DNA of 64,000 nucleotides from Alphaproteobacteria bacterium (GCA_051010635.1 JBPCVJ010000022.1:38985-102984); one strand, 5' to 3'. Counted from the stretch's first letter, positions 21,151-33,313 are shown. A program made the numbers and translations. The notes: generated by a model not told the origin, from the sequence alone.

Positions 21151-22353
21151 TTATTTAAAATAGCGTTTTTTCCATTCCTGTTCAAGAAAACTTGTCCAAT
21201 CGGGGTGCGGCTCGGGTAGTGTTTTTGCCTTGATAGGTTTTATTGCCGATACGCCCGCATTTTTCATAAATATATTTTTGTCAGCGGATTTTAATCGCCC
21301 CACATCAAGCACCGTTGGTTCGCCCCAAAATGCAGTATTGGTTTTGCGACCCTGTGCGATAGGCGATGATAAAAAATTAATAAAAACCATCGCCGCCTCT
21401 TTATTTTGGCTATTGAAAGGAATAGCCAAATAATGCTGATTGCTTAAAACACCACTATGCCAAATATATGTTTTCACCGATGGCGGCACGATTTTTTGTT
21501 TTATCGCCGCCGATGCCACCCCAGCATTATAAGAAAAACTTAAAGATAATTTTCCACGCGCAAACAATTTTAACAAATCAGATTCATTTTTGGGAAAATT
21601 TTTCCCCGCTTGCCAAAGATGCGGGTGAAGTTGGTCAAGATAATCCCAAAGAAATTTTGTTCTTTTTCTGGCAACCGCTTCATTCTTAAAAGATTTCTTA
21701 AAATAACGCTGCTTGCCATTTTTATGTGCCAAATCAAGCAACAGATGTTTTAAAAAAGCAACCCCAGTAAAATCAGGCGGTGTAGGGTAAGATAATTTGC
21801 CATGATGGTTTTTGGCAAATGATAATAATTCATCGGCAGTTTTTGGCGGGTTGGGCGTTTTTTTACTATCATAAACAAACACAAAATAGGCACGCCCCCA
21901 CGGCATTTCTAACCCATCAACCGCAATGGTAAAATCTTTTAACAAGGCGGGGTTTTGCCGCACCGATAGCAATTTATAATTGGGTAATTTTTTAATAAAG
22001 GGACCATACAGCAAGCGATTATCCTTCATGGTTTTAAAATTATTACCATTGATCCACAAAACATCGATCGCACCATTTTTTTTATTGCCCGCTTTTTTAT
22101 CGGTCAAAACTTGATTGACCGCTATAGCCGTATCGGTCAAACGCACATGTTTTACCCGCACCCCGTAAATCTGCCGCATCTGTTTTGCCGCCCAATTGAT
22201 ATAATTATTATAAAGTTCTGAACCACCCCATGCATTAAAATACACCGTCTGCCCACGGGCTTTTTTTAAGATATTATCAAAATTAGCTTTGGCTGTTGGG
22301 GCTAGCAATAAAAATAATAACCCGCACAAAAATGATATCCATAATTTCTTCAT
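21151..22353 (-). CDS. YnjB-like ABC transporter substrate-binding protein
   Basis: Signal peptide; ARGQTVYFNAWGG, DVLWING.NF, YPTPPDFTG..FLK, LPEPHPDW. Confidence 0.85.
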   Translation of the reverse strand: MKKLWISFLCGLLFLLLAPTAKANFDNILKKARGQTVYFNAWGGSELYNNYINWAAKQMRQIYGVRVKHVRLTDTAIAVNQVLTDKKAGNKKNGAIDVLWINGNNFKTMKDNRLLYGPFIKKLPNYKLLSVRQNPALLKDFTIAVDGLEMPWGRAYFVFVYDSKKTPNPPKTADELLSFAKNHHGKLSYPTPPDFTGVAFLKHLLLDLAHKNGKQRYFKKSFKNEAVARKRTKFLWDYLDQLHPHLWQAGKNFPKNESDLLKLFARGKLSLSFSYNAGVASAAIKQKIVPPSVKTYIWHSGVLSNQHYLAIPFNSQNKEAAMVFINFLSSPIAQGRKTNTAFWGEPTVLDVGRLKSADKNIFMKNAGVSAIKPIKAKTLPEPHPDWTSFLEQEWKKRYFK

Positions 22354-22447
22354 TGCCAAATTGGCTAGCAAATAACCGATGATTTTTCAAGATATTTTTT
22401 GTGGTAACTGAAAGCAAATAGAATGTTTTTTTTATTTAGGTTTTTTT

Positions 22448-24058
22448 TTAAACATCAAGTTCTACTTGATCTTTTTTAGAGGCTTCGGCTGATTTCAAAA
22501 CATCTTTTGTCATTGGTAAATTAATTCTTTTATTTGGGTCTTTTAATATGTCTTCTATGGTAACAATTTCAATTCGGTTAAATGGTGTATCGGTAAAAAG
22601 TGGATGAATAAATTTGCCCGCTACTTGCACTTCATCAAACATTGGTTTAGTTGGCGGTTCAAGGGTGATAAAAAAACCAATCTCTGCACCAAATTTTTTG
22701 CGGTCGTTATTAAAGGTTGCAATATCTTTTCGCCCTACCTTACCTGATTTAACTTGAAAAACAGCTTTTCCCTCTGTTGCTTTCTCTATGTAAAAATATG
22801 CTTCGCCATCAATTCCACCATCCGCTCCTTTTTTATCATTTATGATTGCCCGATTGTTTGTATAGGTAAGGATAGCCCATTTTTCAAATTCTTTTCTTAA
22901 CCTATCGTCTTTTTTATTTGCCAATGCTATTGCTGATACCATATCTGTTGGTATGCCATCAATTTTGATATTATTTTGTAATGCTTGCCATTTTTCATCG
23001 TTATGACAAGCATCTTCAAGGCGTTTTCTTATTAAACTGATTTGTTGATAACTTATATCAATCCCTATCCATTGGCGATGAAGTCGCTCGGCAACAGCTA
23101 CGGTTGTGCCACAACCACAAAAAGCATCCAGCACAACATCACCTTCTTTACTACTTGTTTTTATAATTCGTTCCATTAATTTTTCAGGTTTTTGCGTTTG
23201 TAAATCTAATGCTTCTATCGTATTTCCTTCTAATGCATTTATATCTTCCCATACATCATCTATTCTTACTCCTCCCTTATCTAATAAATATTGCTTAAAT
23301 TTTTCTTTGCCATTCTTATTTTTTACAATTTTATTCTCTTGTCTCATTTTTTCTATAGTTTCAGCACCATAATCTCTTAATTCTTGTAATCTATATTTGC
23401 CTCTGCCGTCATTATCATCATATTTATACAATTTTAATGTTGCCTCAGCATAAGGTCTGTGTGGCAATTCATAAAATTTATTTTGTTTTTTTTTATTTTT
23501 ACAATACAAAAAAATAATATCATGATTTCTAGGAAAAGATATTTTTGAACCATGTTTTGAAACATGACCCCTACGCCATATAATTTCATTCTTAAAATCA
23601 CCATCTTGAGAGCAAAAAATAGAATCAAGAATCAATTTAAGATAATGGCTAGCATTCGGATCGCAATGTAAATAAAAACTACCTGTCGGTTTTAGCACTC
23701 TATGAATTTCTATAAGCCGAATTGTCATAGCAACTAGATATGCCATAATATCGCCCTTACCCAAAACTTCAATTAACCCTTTTATTAGATAATATGTTCG
23801 CTTTGTAATTTTTTGTTTATTTACATTTTCAATATCTAAAAATTCTTTTAATTCTTTTTCTGCCCTATCGCCCCATTTCCAAGTATCAATAAATGCTCTT
23901 GCTTGTGCTCTATCAATTTCGCCTGCAACATTATTATAAATTTGATTATAGTCTCGTTTAGAATTGAATGGTGGGTCAATGTAACATAAATCCACCGATT
24001 CATCGGCTATTTTATCTCGCAAAATATCTAGGTTATCACCATAAAATAATTCTCTCAT
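22448..24058 (-). CDS. beta-class amino-methyltransferase fused to a C-terminal Mrr-like endonuclease domain
   Basis: LFYGDNL, YIDPPFNS (motif IV), TQKP, DAFCGCGTT (motif I), then GADGGIDG...QVKSG. ATG 24058 is preferred over TTG 24130. Confidence 0.85.
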   Translation of the reverse strand: MRELFYGDNLDILRDKIADESVDLCYIDPPFNSKRDYNQIYNNVAGEIDRAQARAFIDTWKWGDRAEKELKEFLDIENVNKQKITKRTYYLIKGLIEVLGKGDIMAYLVAMTIRLIEIHRVLKPTGSFYLHCDPNASHYLKLILDSIFCSQDGDFKNEIIWRRGHVSKHGSKISFPRNHDIIFLYCKNKKKQNKFYELPHRPYAEATLKLYKYDDNDGRGKYRLQELRDYGAETIEKMRQENKIVKNKNGKEKFKQYLLDKGGVRIDDVWEDINALEGNTIEALDLQTQKPEKLMERIIKTSSKEGDVVLDAFCGCGTTVAVAERLHRQWIGIDISYQQISLIRKRLEDACHNDEKWQALQNNIKIDGIPTDMVSAIALANKKDDRLRKEFEKWAILTYTNNRAIINDKKGADGGIDGEAYFYIEKATEGKAVFQVKSGKVGRKDIATFNNDRKKFGAEIGFFITLEPPTKPMFDEVQVAGKFIHPLFTDTPFNRIEIVTIEDILKDPNKRINLPMTKDVLKSAEASKKDQVELDV

Positions 24059-24061
24059 ATT

Positions 24062-24093
24062 GGTTATATGCAAAGATTCTATAATCATTGCAA
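24062..24093 (-). promoter_or_regulatory. putative promoter TTGCAA-N8-GAATC
   Basis: Minus strand TTGCAA (24093-24088), GAATC (24079-24075), then CATATAAC just before the ATG. Confidence 0.4.
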
Positions 24094-24194
24094 GCAAAAA
24101 AAAATCTTTAATCAAAACGGGTGTAAGCAAATTATTTTATAAATATTTCCGCTTGATTTCATTATGTGAATTTGGGAAGCTATAAAATATACCA

Positions 24195-24413
24195 ATGATA
24201 AAAAATTTTTTACATAAAACTTCAGCCAATGATATTTGGGTTATTTTGGGTGGAGGGTTGGCATTATTGATAATATGTTTGCTGGTGGCATTTATCATTG
24301 TGGTGGTGAAGTTTTTTATCAATTTGGTTATATTTATCATCACCTACCTTGGCATACCCATTGCGATAATAGCGGCTATTATGTGGTTGATGAAAAAAAA
24401 TCAATCATCATAA
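24195..24413 (+). CDS. small hydrophobic membrane protein
   Basis: 72 aa, about two TM helices, fills the intergenic gap. Confidence 0.55.
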   Translation: MIKNFLHKTSANDIWVILGGGLALLIICLLVAFIIVVVKFFINLVIFIITYLGIPIAIIAAIMWLMKKNQSS

Positions 24414-24422
24414 TTTTTTAAC

Positions 24423-24468
24423 TTGACAGGTTTTGGTGTTTGCTGTAAAAAATGTTCTTATTTTGTTT
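24423..24468 (+). promoter_or_regulatory. sigma70 promoter with LexA-box-like operator
   Basis: TTGACA 24423-24428, 17-nt spacer, TAAAAA; GTTC-N7-GTTT at 24454-24468 (alphaproteobacterial SOS box is GTTC-N7-GTTC). Confidence 0.5.
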
Positions 24469-24472
24469 TTTT

Positions 24473-24940
24473 ATGCAAAATCAATTTCACCACCAAACCC
24501 GCCATTTTGCCATTTGTTTTCATGGCAGTGCCCACCATTGGTGGCAAAGAATTTTGAAGAAAAAATTTCGCCATTGTTTTATGGTGATCGAACAACCAAA
24601 TGGCATTTGCCTAGTGGATGCAATGGCGCCGCACCTTAAATTGGTAATGTTTCCCAAACATTTATCTTTTTTGGCTATCATCAAGCATTATCGCAAAAAA
24701 AATTGTATCATTTGGCAAAAAAAATTTTTACCAAGCAGGGATATAAACCAGCACAAAAAAACATCAGCCAATTTGCATCGGCATATTTTTACAAAATGGT
24801 TTTTACCATATTTGCCAAGGTTTGGCATATATTCTTGTGTATCGGTTATAAAATCTTTTTTGAATTTGCGCCAACCTTTTGTCATCACCCCTTGGCAATT
24901 ATATCAATCATTGGAAAAAATCTATGCACCAAAAGATTGA
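24473..24940 (+). CDS. hypothetical protein with possible permuted papain-like His/Cys motif
   Basis: FRHCF...LVD...YSCVSVIK...ITPWQLY; ATG 24473 lies downstream of the predicted promoter. Confidence 0.6.
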   Translation: MQNQFHHQTRHFAICFHGSAHHWWQRILKKKFRHCFMVIEQPNGICLVDAMAPHLKLVMFPKHLSFLAIIKHYRKKNCIIWQKKFLPSRDINQHKKTSANLHRHIFTKWFLPYLPRFGIYSCVSVIKSFLNLRQPFVITPWQLYQSLEKIYAPKD

Positions 24941-24965
24941 CATTTTTTTTTATCAAGTATAAGAT
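24937..24965 (+). promoter_or_regulatory. sigma70 promoter of speB
   Basis: TTGACA-N17-TAAGAT with a T9 run in the spacer. Confidence 0.6.
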
Positions 24966-24984
24966 AAAAAAAACCAATCACTAG

Positions 24985-26004
24985 ATGGCAAAAAAGCAAT
25001 ATTATTTTGAACGAAAACCATTGCCACCCAGCAATGCCCCCGCCGCCAAACAGATTGATGGTGGCGACCAAGCTTTTCGTGCATCGGAAAATTTAGGGCG
25101 CAATCTTGAACAAACTTGGGCGGGGGCATTATCATTTTGTCGCCGCCGTTATAGCCGAGACCTAAAAGGGGTGGATGTTGCTGTATCGGGCATACCGCTT
25201 GATTTGGCGGTAACCTATCGCCCTGGCACCCGCTTAGGACCACGCGGTGTGCGTGCCGCATCGGTGCAGTTGGCAGAATTAGATGCCCACCCTTTTCGCT
25301 TTGACCCTTTTTCACATTTGGCGGTGGTGGATTATGGCGATTGCGAATTGGTGTTTGACCATGCCGATACCATACCCGCATCAATTGAAGACCATATTTA
25401 TAATATCATCAGCCAAGGGGTAAAATCGGCAACCATTGGCGGCGATCATTTTATTACCTATCCTATTTTGCGTGCCCACCATAGGGTGCATGGGCAGGTT
25501 GCCCTGTTGCAATTTGATGCCCACCCCGACACTTGGCCTGATGATGGCAAACAGATGAATCACGGCACCATGTTTACCCGTGCCATTCAAGATAAATTAA
25601 TCATTCCCGAAAAATCTTTACAAGTAGGCATAAGAACCGTTGCCCCCGAATATGGCATCAAAACCATCACTGCCGATGAGGTGCATGATGTGGGGGTGGC
25701 AGGGGTATTGAAAGCCATAGGCGATACCATTGGCGACACCCCATGTTATTTAACTTTTGACATTGATTGCCTAGACCCAAGCCATGCCCCAGGCACTGGC
25801 ACACCGGTTGCGGGCGGGCTGACATCACGCGAGGCATTAAAAATCATTCGTGGTTTTCAAACTATCAAAGGGTTAAATATCGTCGGTTGCGATATGGTGG
25901 AGGTATCACCGCCATTTGATATATCAGAAATAACTTCTTTGGCGGGGGCGCATATATTGCACGACATCATTTGCCAATGGGCTTGGCAAAAAATTGATGG
26001 GTGA
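24985..26004 (+). CDS. speB: agmatinase / ureohydrolase
   Basis: RPGTRLGP, GGDH, FDAHPD, FDIDCLDP..APGTGTP, VEVSP. Confidence 0.9.
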   Translation: MAKKQYYFERKPLPPSNAPAAKQIDGGDQAFRASENLGRNLEQTWAGALSFCRRRYSRDLKGVDVAVSGIPLDLAVTYRPGTRLGPRGVRAASVQLAELDAHPFRFDPFSHLAVVDYGDCELVFDHADTIPASIEDHIYNIISQGVKSATIGGDHFITYPILRAHHRVHGQVALLQFDAHPDTWPDDGKQMNHGTMFTRAIQDKLIIPEKSLQVGIRTVAPEYGIKTITADEVHDVGVAGVLKAIGDTIGDTPCYLTFDIDCLDPSHAPGTGTPVAGGLTSREALKIIRGFQTIKGLNIVGCDMVEVSPPFDISEITSLAGAHILHDIICQWAWQKIDG

Positions 26005-26032
26005 TTGGCATTATTTTTGCTTTGTCTAGATC

Positions 26033-26668
26033 ATGGATAAATTACTAGCCGATGTTGTTAAAGACTATAGCTTAGGTAAAAGCAATTTTATTAAAAAACT
26101 TAATACATATTCAAAAGAAAATTTAAATAAAATATTATCGGATATAATAACCCATTACTTCAACGATAAAAACTCTTCATATTTACGGGAATATATCACG
26201 GCTATTATGGCTGGCTACACCCCATCCAATGCAAAATTGGGCTATAATGGATATAAAACAAACGGAGGAGAAATAACTGCCTGCGAGATAAAACCCGCAA
26301 ATTGTTTATCTAATAGCAGTCAAATAAGAAAATTACGGGGATCTGGAAACTTCAGTGATTATACATGGGCTAGGTTTGCAAAAGATAAAAAAGCTAACCC
26401 GATGATTCTAATAAGTGGATTTGTTGATGGAATTCTTGTTTTTATTCTAGAAATACCATTTGCAAGCAAAGGAATCTGTGATAGATTAGAGAGGCAATTA
26501 AAGAGAATACTACCAAATGGTGATATGCCAAGAAATTATGTAAGAAGTGCTCAATTTACTTATAAAGACTATTTAAATAACGCAAAAAAAAAATACTTAA
26601 CAAACGATATAAATAAATTTAAAAATTATTTTACAAAAAAATTTTTTGATGAATTAATAAAAAAATGA
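26033..26668 (+). CDS. putative Type II restriction endonuclease
   Basis: AT-rich; overlaps the MTase start (ATGA); GYNG...CEIKP resembles a PD-(D/E)xK variant. Confidence 0.65.
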   Translation: MDKLLADVVKDYSLGKSNFIKKLNTYSKENLNKILSDIITHYFNDKNSSYLREYITAIMAGYTPSNAKLGYNGYKTNGGEITACEIKPANCLSNSSQIRKLRGSGNFSDYTWARFAKDKKANPMILISGFVDGILVFILEIPFASKGICDRLERQLKRILPNGDMPRNYVRSAQFTYKDYLNNAKKKYLTNDINKFKNYFTKKFFDELIKK

Positions 26669-27519
26669 CCAAAAACTCTTTCAAATTTTTAAAAGGCAAT
26701 AGCTTACAACTATTACAGGACTTGCCTAATAATTTATTTGATGCTGGCGTAACATCACCCCCCTATAATAAACAAGAAAACAAAAAGGGCTGGTTAGTAA
26801 AAAATGTAAAATATGACAATGCAAGCGATAAAAAAAATGAAAATAATTATCAAAGCGAACAGATAGCGGTCTTGAATGAATTATATAGAATTATCAAGCC
26901 TGGCGGTTCTTTTTTCTATAATCATAAAATCAGATGGGAAAAAGGTGATATGCTTCACCCAATAGCGTGGTTATCAAAAACAAATTGGACAATTCGTCAA
27001 GAAATTATTTGGGACAGAATTATTGCGGCGAATATAAGGGGATGGAGATTTTGGCAAATTGACGAAAGAATCTATTGGCTGTATAAGCCAAAAAATAATC
27101 ATAAAATAGGTGATGAACTAGAATCAAGACATGCAAAAATGACTTCTGTTTGGCGATTCCCGCCCGAAAGAAAAAACGGACACCCTGCACCATTCCCGCT
27201 ATTATTACCGCTTCGCTGTTTATATTCTGTTATGCCAAATAAAAATGGGCTTGTTATTGACCCATATGTAGGTAGCGGGACAACACTTGTTGCCGCCAAA
27301 ATACTAGGTCATGGCGGACATGGAATAGATATTTCTGGGGATTATATAATAAAAGCAAAAAATAGACTTGATAAATATTTAATGGAAAAAGAAAATGCTA
27401 ATAAAGAAATTTCTTTGCATAAAGTTTTAGATACTTTCAAAAATAAAAAAGAAAATGGCTATCGCGTCGGTAAATTTGCCCCCAATATTTCTTTTATGCA
27501 AAATGAATTAAGCCTTTAA
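26665..27519 (+). CDS. beta-class N4-cytosine/N6-adenine DNA methyltransferase
   Basis: VTSPPYN (motif IV), HPAPFP, DPYVGSGTT (motif I). Confidence 0.9.
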   Translation: MTKNSFKFLKGNSLQLLQDLPNNLFDAGVTSPPYNKQENKKGWLVKNVKYDNASDKKNENNYQSEQIAVLNELYRIIKPGGSFFYNHKIRWEKGDMLHPIAWLSKTNWTIRQEIIWDRIIAANIRGWRFWQIDERIYWLYKPKNNHKIGDELESRHAKMTSVWRFPPERKNGHPAPFPLLLPLRCLYSVMPNKNGLVIDPYVGSGTTLVAAKILGHGGHGIDISGDYIIKAKNRLDKYLMEKENANKEISLHKVLDTFKNKKENGYRVGKFAPNISFMQNELSL

Positions 27520-27590
27520 TTTGCTTTGCTAACATAATCTTTACACTTATCAACAAAAAAGCCAATAACACCCACCATACAAAAAAACCC

Positions 27591-30114
<2,524 letters not shown>

Positions 30115-30257
30115 ATATGCGATTTTTTTTTAAGAATAAAATTTGCCCAATTATTACAATATTTTTATGGCTGGCGCAAGCCAATTTTCAGCTTGCGATT
30201 TTTTATTTTTTTGCCTAAAAGGTTTTGATATAAAAAACCATCATCAGATTAAAAAAA

Positions 30258-30665
30258 ATGCGTTCCAACATTCACCCCGAATACCACGAAATAACCATTG
30301 AAACCACCAATGGCATGGAATATAAAACCCGATCTACTTGGGGCAAGGCGGGGGATAAAATGAAATTAGAAATTGACCCTGATACCCACCCCGCATGGAC
30401 CGGCGGCACACAAAAAATTTTGGAGGGCGGGCAAGTGGCAAGGTTTGGCAGGCGTTTTCAAGGCAAAAGTTTTAGCCAGATGACACCAACCCCGCAAGAT
30501 AATTCGGCTGGCAATAAACCACCAAAACCCACAGCAAAACCACAGGTGAAAAAAGAAGAGGTTAAACCGAATGCTGATGAGAAAGATAAAATGGAGTCAA
30601 AACCCGAAGCCAAAACGGATAATAAAGCGACCGCTGAAGCAAAGGATGTAGGCGGAGAAGATTAA
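30258..30665 (+). CDS. rpmE: 50S ribosomal protein bL31 with long C-terminal extension
   Basis: [10 protein letters not shown]...HPAWTGG...GQVARF, followed by about 65 low-complexity residues. Confidence 0.93.
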   Translation: MRSNIHPEYHEITIETTNGMEYKTRSTWGKAGDKMKLEIDPDTHPAWTGGTQKILEGGQVARFGRRFQGKSFSQMTPTPQDNSAGNKPPKPTAKPQVKKEEVKPNADEKDKMESKPEAKTDNKATAEAKDVGGED

Positions 30666-30669
30666 AATT

Positions 30670-30936
30670 ATGCGTTTATATCATAAAGAAATTCATCAGA
30701 CTATGTTGCCATATAAAGGGAAAACTCTTAAAACTGGATACATTATTGGGCAAGTTATGCAAGCACACAACCTTGATAAATCAGAGAGAAAGTGGATTCA
30801 ACCATCTGACCATTGCGATAACAATGATGCCCCAAGTATCAAAAGAAAATCAACATGGTGGTGTGATAAGTGTCGTGATGATTCCTCTAATGCTATTTTT
30901 CATAAAATAGACAGAGGCATATATCAAGTTAGATAA
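30670..30936 (+). CDS. small hypothetical protein with His/Cys cluster
   Basis: 88 aa, starts 4 nt after rpmE; PSDHCDNN...CDKC...IFHKIDRGIYQVR; island-like codon use. Confidence 0.65.
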   Translation: MRLYHKEIHQTMLPYKGKTLKTGYIIGQVMQAHNLDKSERKWIQPSDHCDNNDAPSIKRKSTWWCDKCRDDSSNAIFHKIDRGIYQVR

Positions 30937-30947
30937 AAAAAGATAAA

Positions 30948-32813
30948 TTATTTAATAATCTTGGGGTCAAATACCCAGATTTTATAGGCTTGTTCAGCTA
31001 AAGATTCTGCCCTGTCTTTGATTGCATCATCATTCCACAATTTATGTTTTTTGGGATATTCTAAAAACTCATTAATCGCTTTTATCAAATTATTATCCGC
31101 AATTTTTTTTGCATTAATATTTAATGAAGAATCTTTTTTTATAATATCAGATAATATTTTATATTTTTTTTCTGGCATATCATTACCCATATCATCATTA
31201 TTAACAGGTTTTGGCAGAATTAATAAATTACCTATATTATCTACCAAAGAATCATCTTTTAATTTTCTAGCTCTAGATTCATTAGGGCTTTGGGGATACC
31301 AATGCTCAATTTCATTTTCTTTAGCTTTGCTCTTGCTATAACGAAAAGAAACATTATACATTTTATGAAACATATATCTTATAATTTCACGCTTCGAACC
31401 CGCTAATTCAAAATCTACAAATTTTGATATAAATACTTCCTCTGCTGTTATATTATCTTGTAATTCGTTAAATAATTTTTTTGTTGTTGTTAAAAAATCA
31501 TCTTTATTTTTTGCCTCACTATATTCTTTAGCAGAATTAGCATAAATTTTTTCAACCAAATTGGCTCGTGTTTTACAGATAGCAGAATTTATAAAATGAT
31601 AATTTCTAATTTGTTCAAAAAATTCAATTATATATTCGTCATCAATTTTTTTTCTATCAGCAAAATTAATTACCGAATAAAATAAAGGAATAACTTGCGA
31701 AACCCCAAAAATACGGCAAGCCAATATAGAATCTAAAATTTTATTTATAGAAGATTCATTATCAGCGGTAATTTTTTTATATTCTTCACCAAAAAGATAT
31801 GTTTCTATTTCTTCACGATTGCCTTTGGTAGCTCTTCTATAAAATTCAGAAAAATCTTTTAATTCATCGACCAGTTTGGGTGCGTTTCTTTTATCAGTAA
31901 CTATTTTGCTTAATTCTTTATAAAGAGCACTCTTTCCAATATAACCTTCTTTAGTCATATAAAAATATCTTAACATTTTAACAATGGTAGATTTAATATT
32001 TGTTTCACTAGATGGTTCGGCATTTTTTTCAATAATTTTCCATTCATCTTGAATATTTGCAATATCTTTAGAAAAAAGATTATTTTTTAATTTTTCAGAA
32101 ACCGTCAACTCTATACCACGCGCATTTGTTTTTTCAAAAATAGGAAAAATTTCACTTGCCTTTTCAATCTCAATATAAACAATACGCGCCTTAATAGCGG
32201 CTCGATAAATTTTATAAATATCTTCGTAATCATATTCTCTCATTTCATCTATAAATATTTCATAGATTGGTTTAATTTTTTTATTAGGCTTTTTAAGGCT
32301 TTTGCCATCAGCATCTTTGTCTTTAAACTTTCTATCCCATGACTTTTTTGCCATAATGTCAAAGGTTGGCTTAATTTTTTCTGATGGTATAAGTCGGGCA
32401 TAATTAGTTTCTTCCCCTACTTCATCATGAATAATAATATATTTTTGTATCATACTAATTAATTTTCTTGCCTTGTCATTATCATCTTCTTTAGCAATAA
32501 TTGCCAAACACTCCCTACAAGCAATCAAAAGCAACATAAGACTGGTTATCCGTTGTTGCCCATCAACAATTTCTATTATTTCAAACTGACTTTCTGCATC
32601 TCTTTTTTTATCATCCCCTATTGGTCTATAAAAAATCATTGTGCCGAGAAATAATGATTCTTCACTATCTTGCAAATCATCAATAAGCTCCTCAGCAGCC
32701 TCTTCATCCCAAACAAATTCTCTTTGAGAATCGGTTAAGGTGTAATGGCATTCCTTGAGGTCTTGGTTACCCTCCAAAATATCATGTATGGTTGTTCTTT
32801 CAACAACTTTCAT
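30948..32813 (-). CDS. GmrSD-like DUF262-DUF1524 (Type IV-like) nuclease
   Basis: SQREFVW, IVDGQQRIT, FEKTNARG (DUF262); IEHWYPQ...NIGNLLIL...N (HNH); ATG 32813 preferred. Confidence 0.88.
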   Translation of the reverse strand: MKVVERTTIHDILEGNQDLKECHYTLTDSQREFVWDEEAAEELIDDLQDSEESLFLGTMIFYRPIGDDKKRDAESQFEIIEIVDGQQRITSLMLLLIACRECLAIIAKEDDNDKARKLISMIQKYIIIHDEVGEETNYARLIPSEKIKPTFDIMAKKSWDRKFKDKDADGKSLKKPNKKIKPIYEIFIDEMREYDYEDIYKIYRAAIKARIVYIEIEKASEIFPIFEKTNARGIELTVSEKLKNNLFSKDIANIQDEWKIIEKNAEPSSETNIKSTIVKMLRYFYMTKEGYIGKSALYKELSKIVTDKRNAPKLVDELKDFSEFYRRATKGNREEIETYLFGEEYKKITADNESSINKILDSILACRIFGVSQVIPLFYSVINFADRKKIDDEYIIEFFEQIRNYHFINSAICKTRANLVEKIYANSAKEYSEAKNKDDFLTTTKKLFNELQDNITAEEVFISKFVDFELAGSKREIIRYMFHKMYNVSFRYSKSKAKENEIEHWYPQSPNESRARKLKDDSLVDNIGNLLILPKPVNNDDMGNDMPEKKYKILSDIIKKDSSLNINAKKIADNNLIKAINEFLEYPKKHKLWNDDAIKDRAESLAEQAYKIWVFDPKIIK

Positions 32814-32852
32814 AAAAATTGCTTTAAACAATTTTATGAAAAAGATCAACCC

Positions 32853-33308
32853 TTAATTGATATTCTCCATCTCATAAACAACCCATTTTCTCTCTCTTAA
32901 AAAATCATCTTTGTCATATTCAAATAAACGCAAACTAATTCTGTGTTCTTGTTGGGCAAACTGGATACAAAAAATATTCTTAATTTTTTTATAATTTTCA
33001 TAATAATAACAAACATCAAACATTTTTTGAAAAAATTTTTCTAAACTGGTTTTTTTGCCATCGGCAATAATATAAATATCATTATCATATTCAACAATAA
33101 TGGGAATTTGTAAAATTCGCTTTTTAATTTTAACTTCATCAGGTAAATAAATATTCAAACGGGCATCTTGGTCAATCCCTATAAAATTATGTAAAATTTT
33201 TTGATTATTAATAAATGAAAAAATATTATCATCAATTACATTATCAAGCATCGCTGGCTGGTAATGCCATTTTTCTATTTGGAAAGCGGTCTCCATAATC
33301 TTCATCAT
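32853..33308 (-). CDS. hypothetical protein
   Basis: 151-aa ORF with its own predicted promoter; no recognised motif. Confidence 0.6.
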   Translation of the reverse strand: MMKIMETAFQIEKWHYQPAMLDNVIDDNIFSFINNQKILHNFIGIDQDARLNIYLPDEVKIKKRILQIPIIVEYDNDIYIIADGKKTSLEKFFQKMFDVCYYYENYKKIKNIFCIQFAQQEHRISLRLFEYDKDDFLRERKWVVYEMENIN

Positions 33309-33313
33309 ATTTT

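Noticed and set aside
23486-23494. A9 tract in the MTase-Mrr gene as a phase-variation switch
   Set aside because: A8-A9 runs also occur in many essential genes here; no long G/C tract or microsatellite seen in any R-M gene
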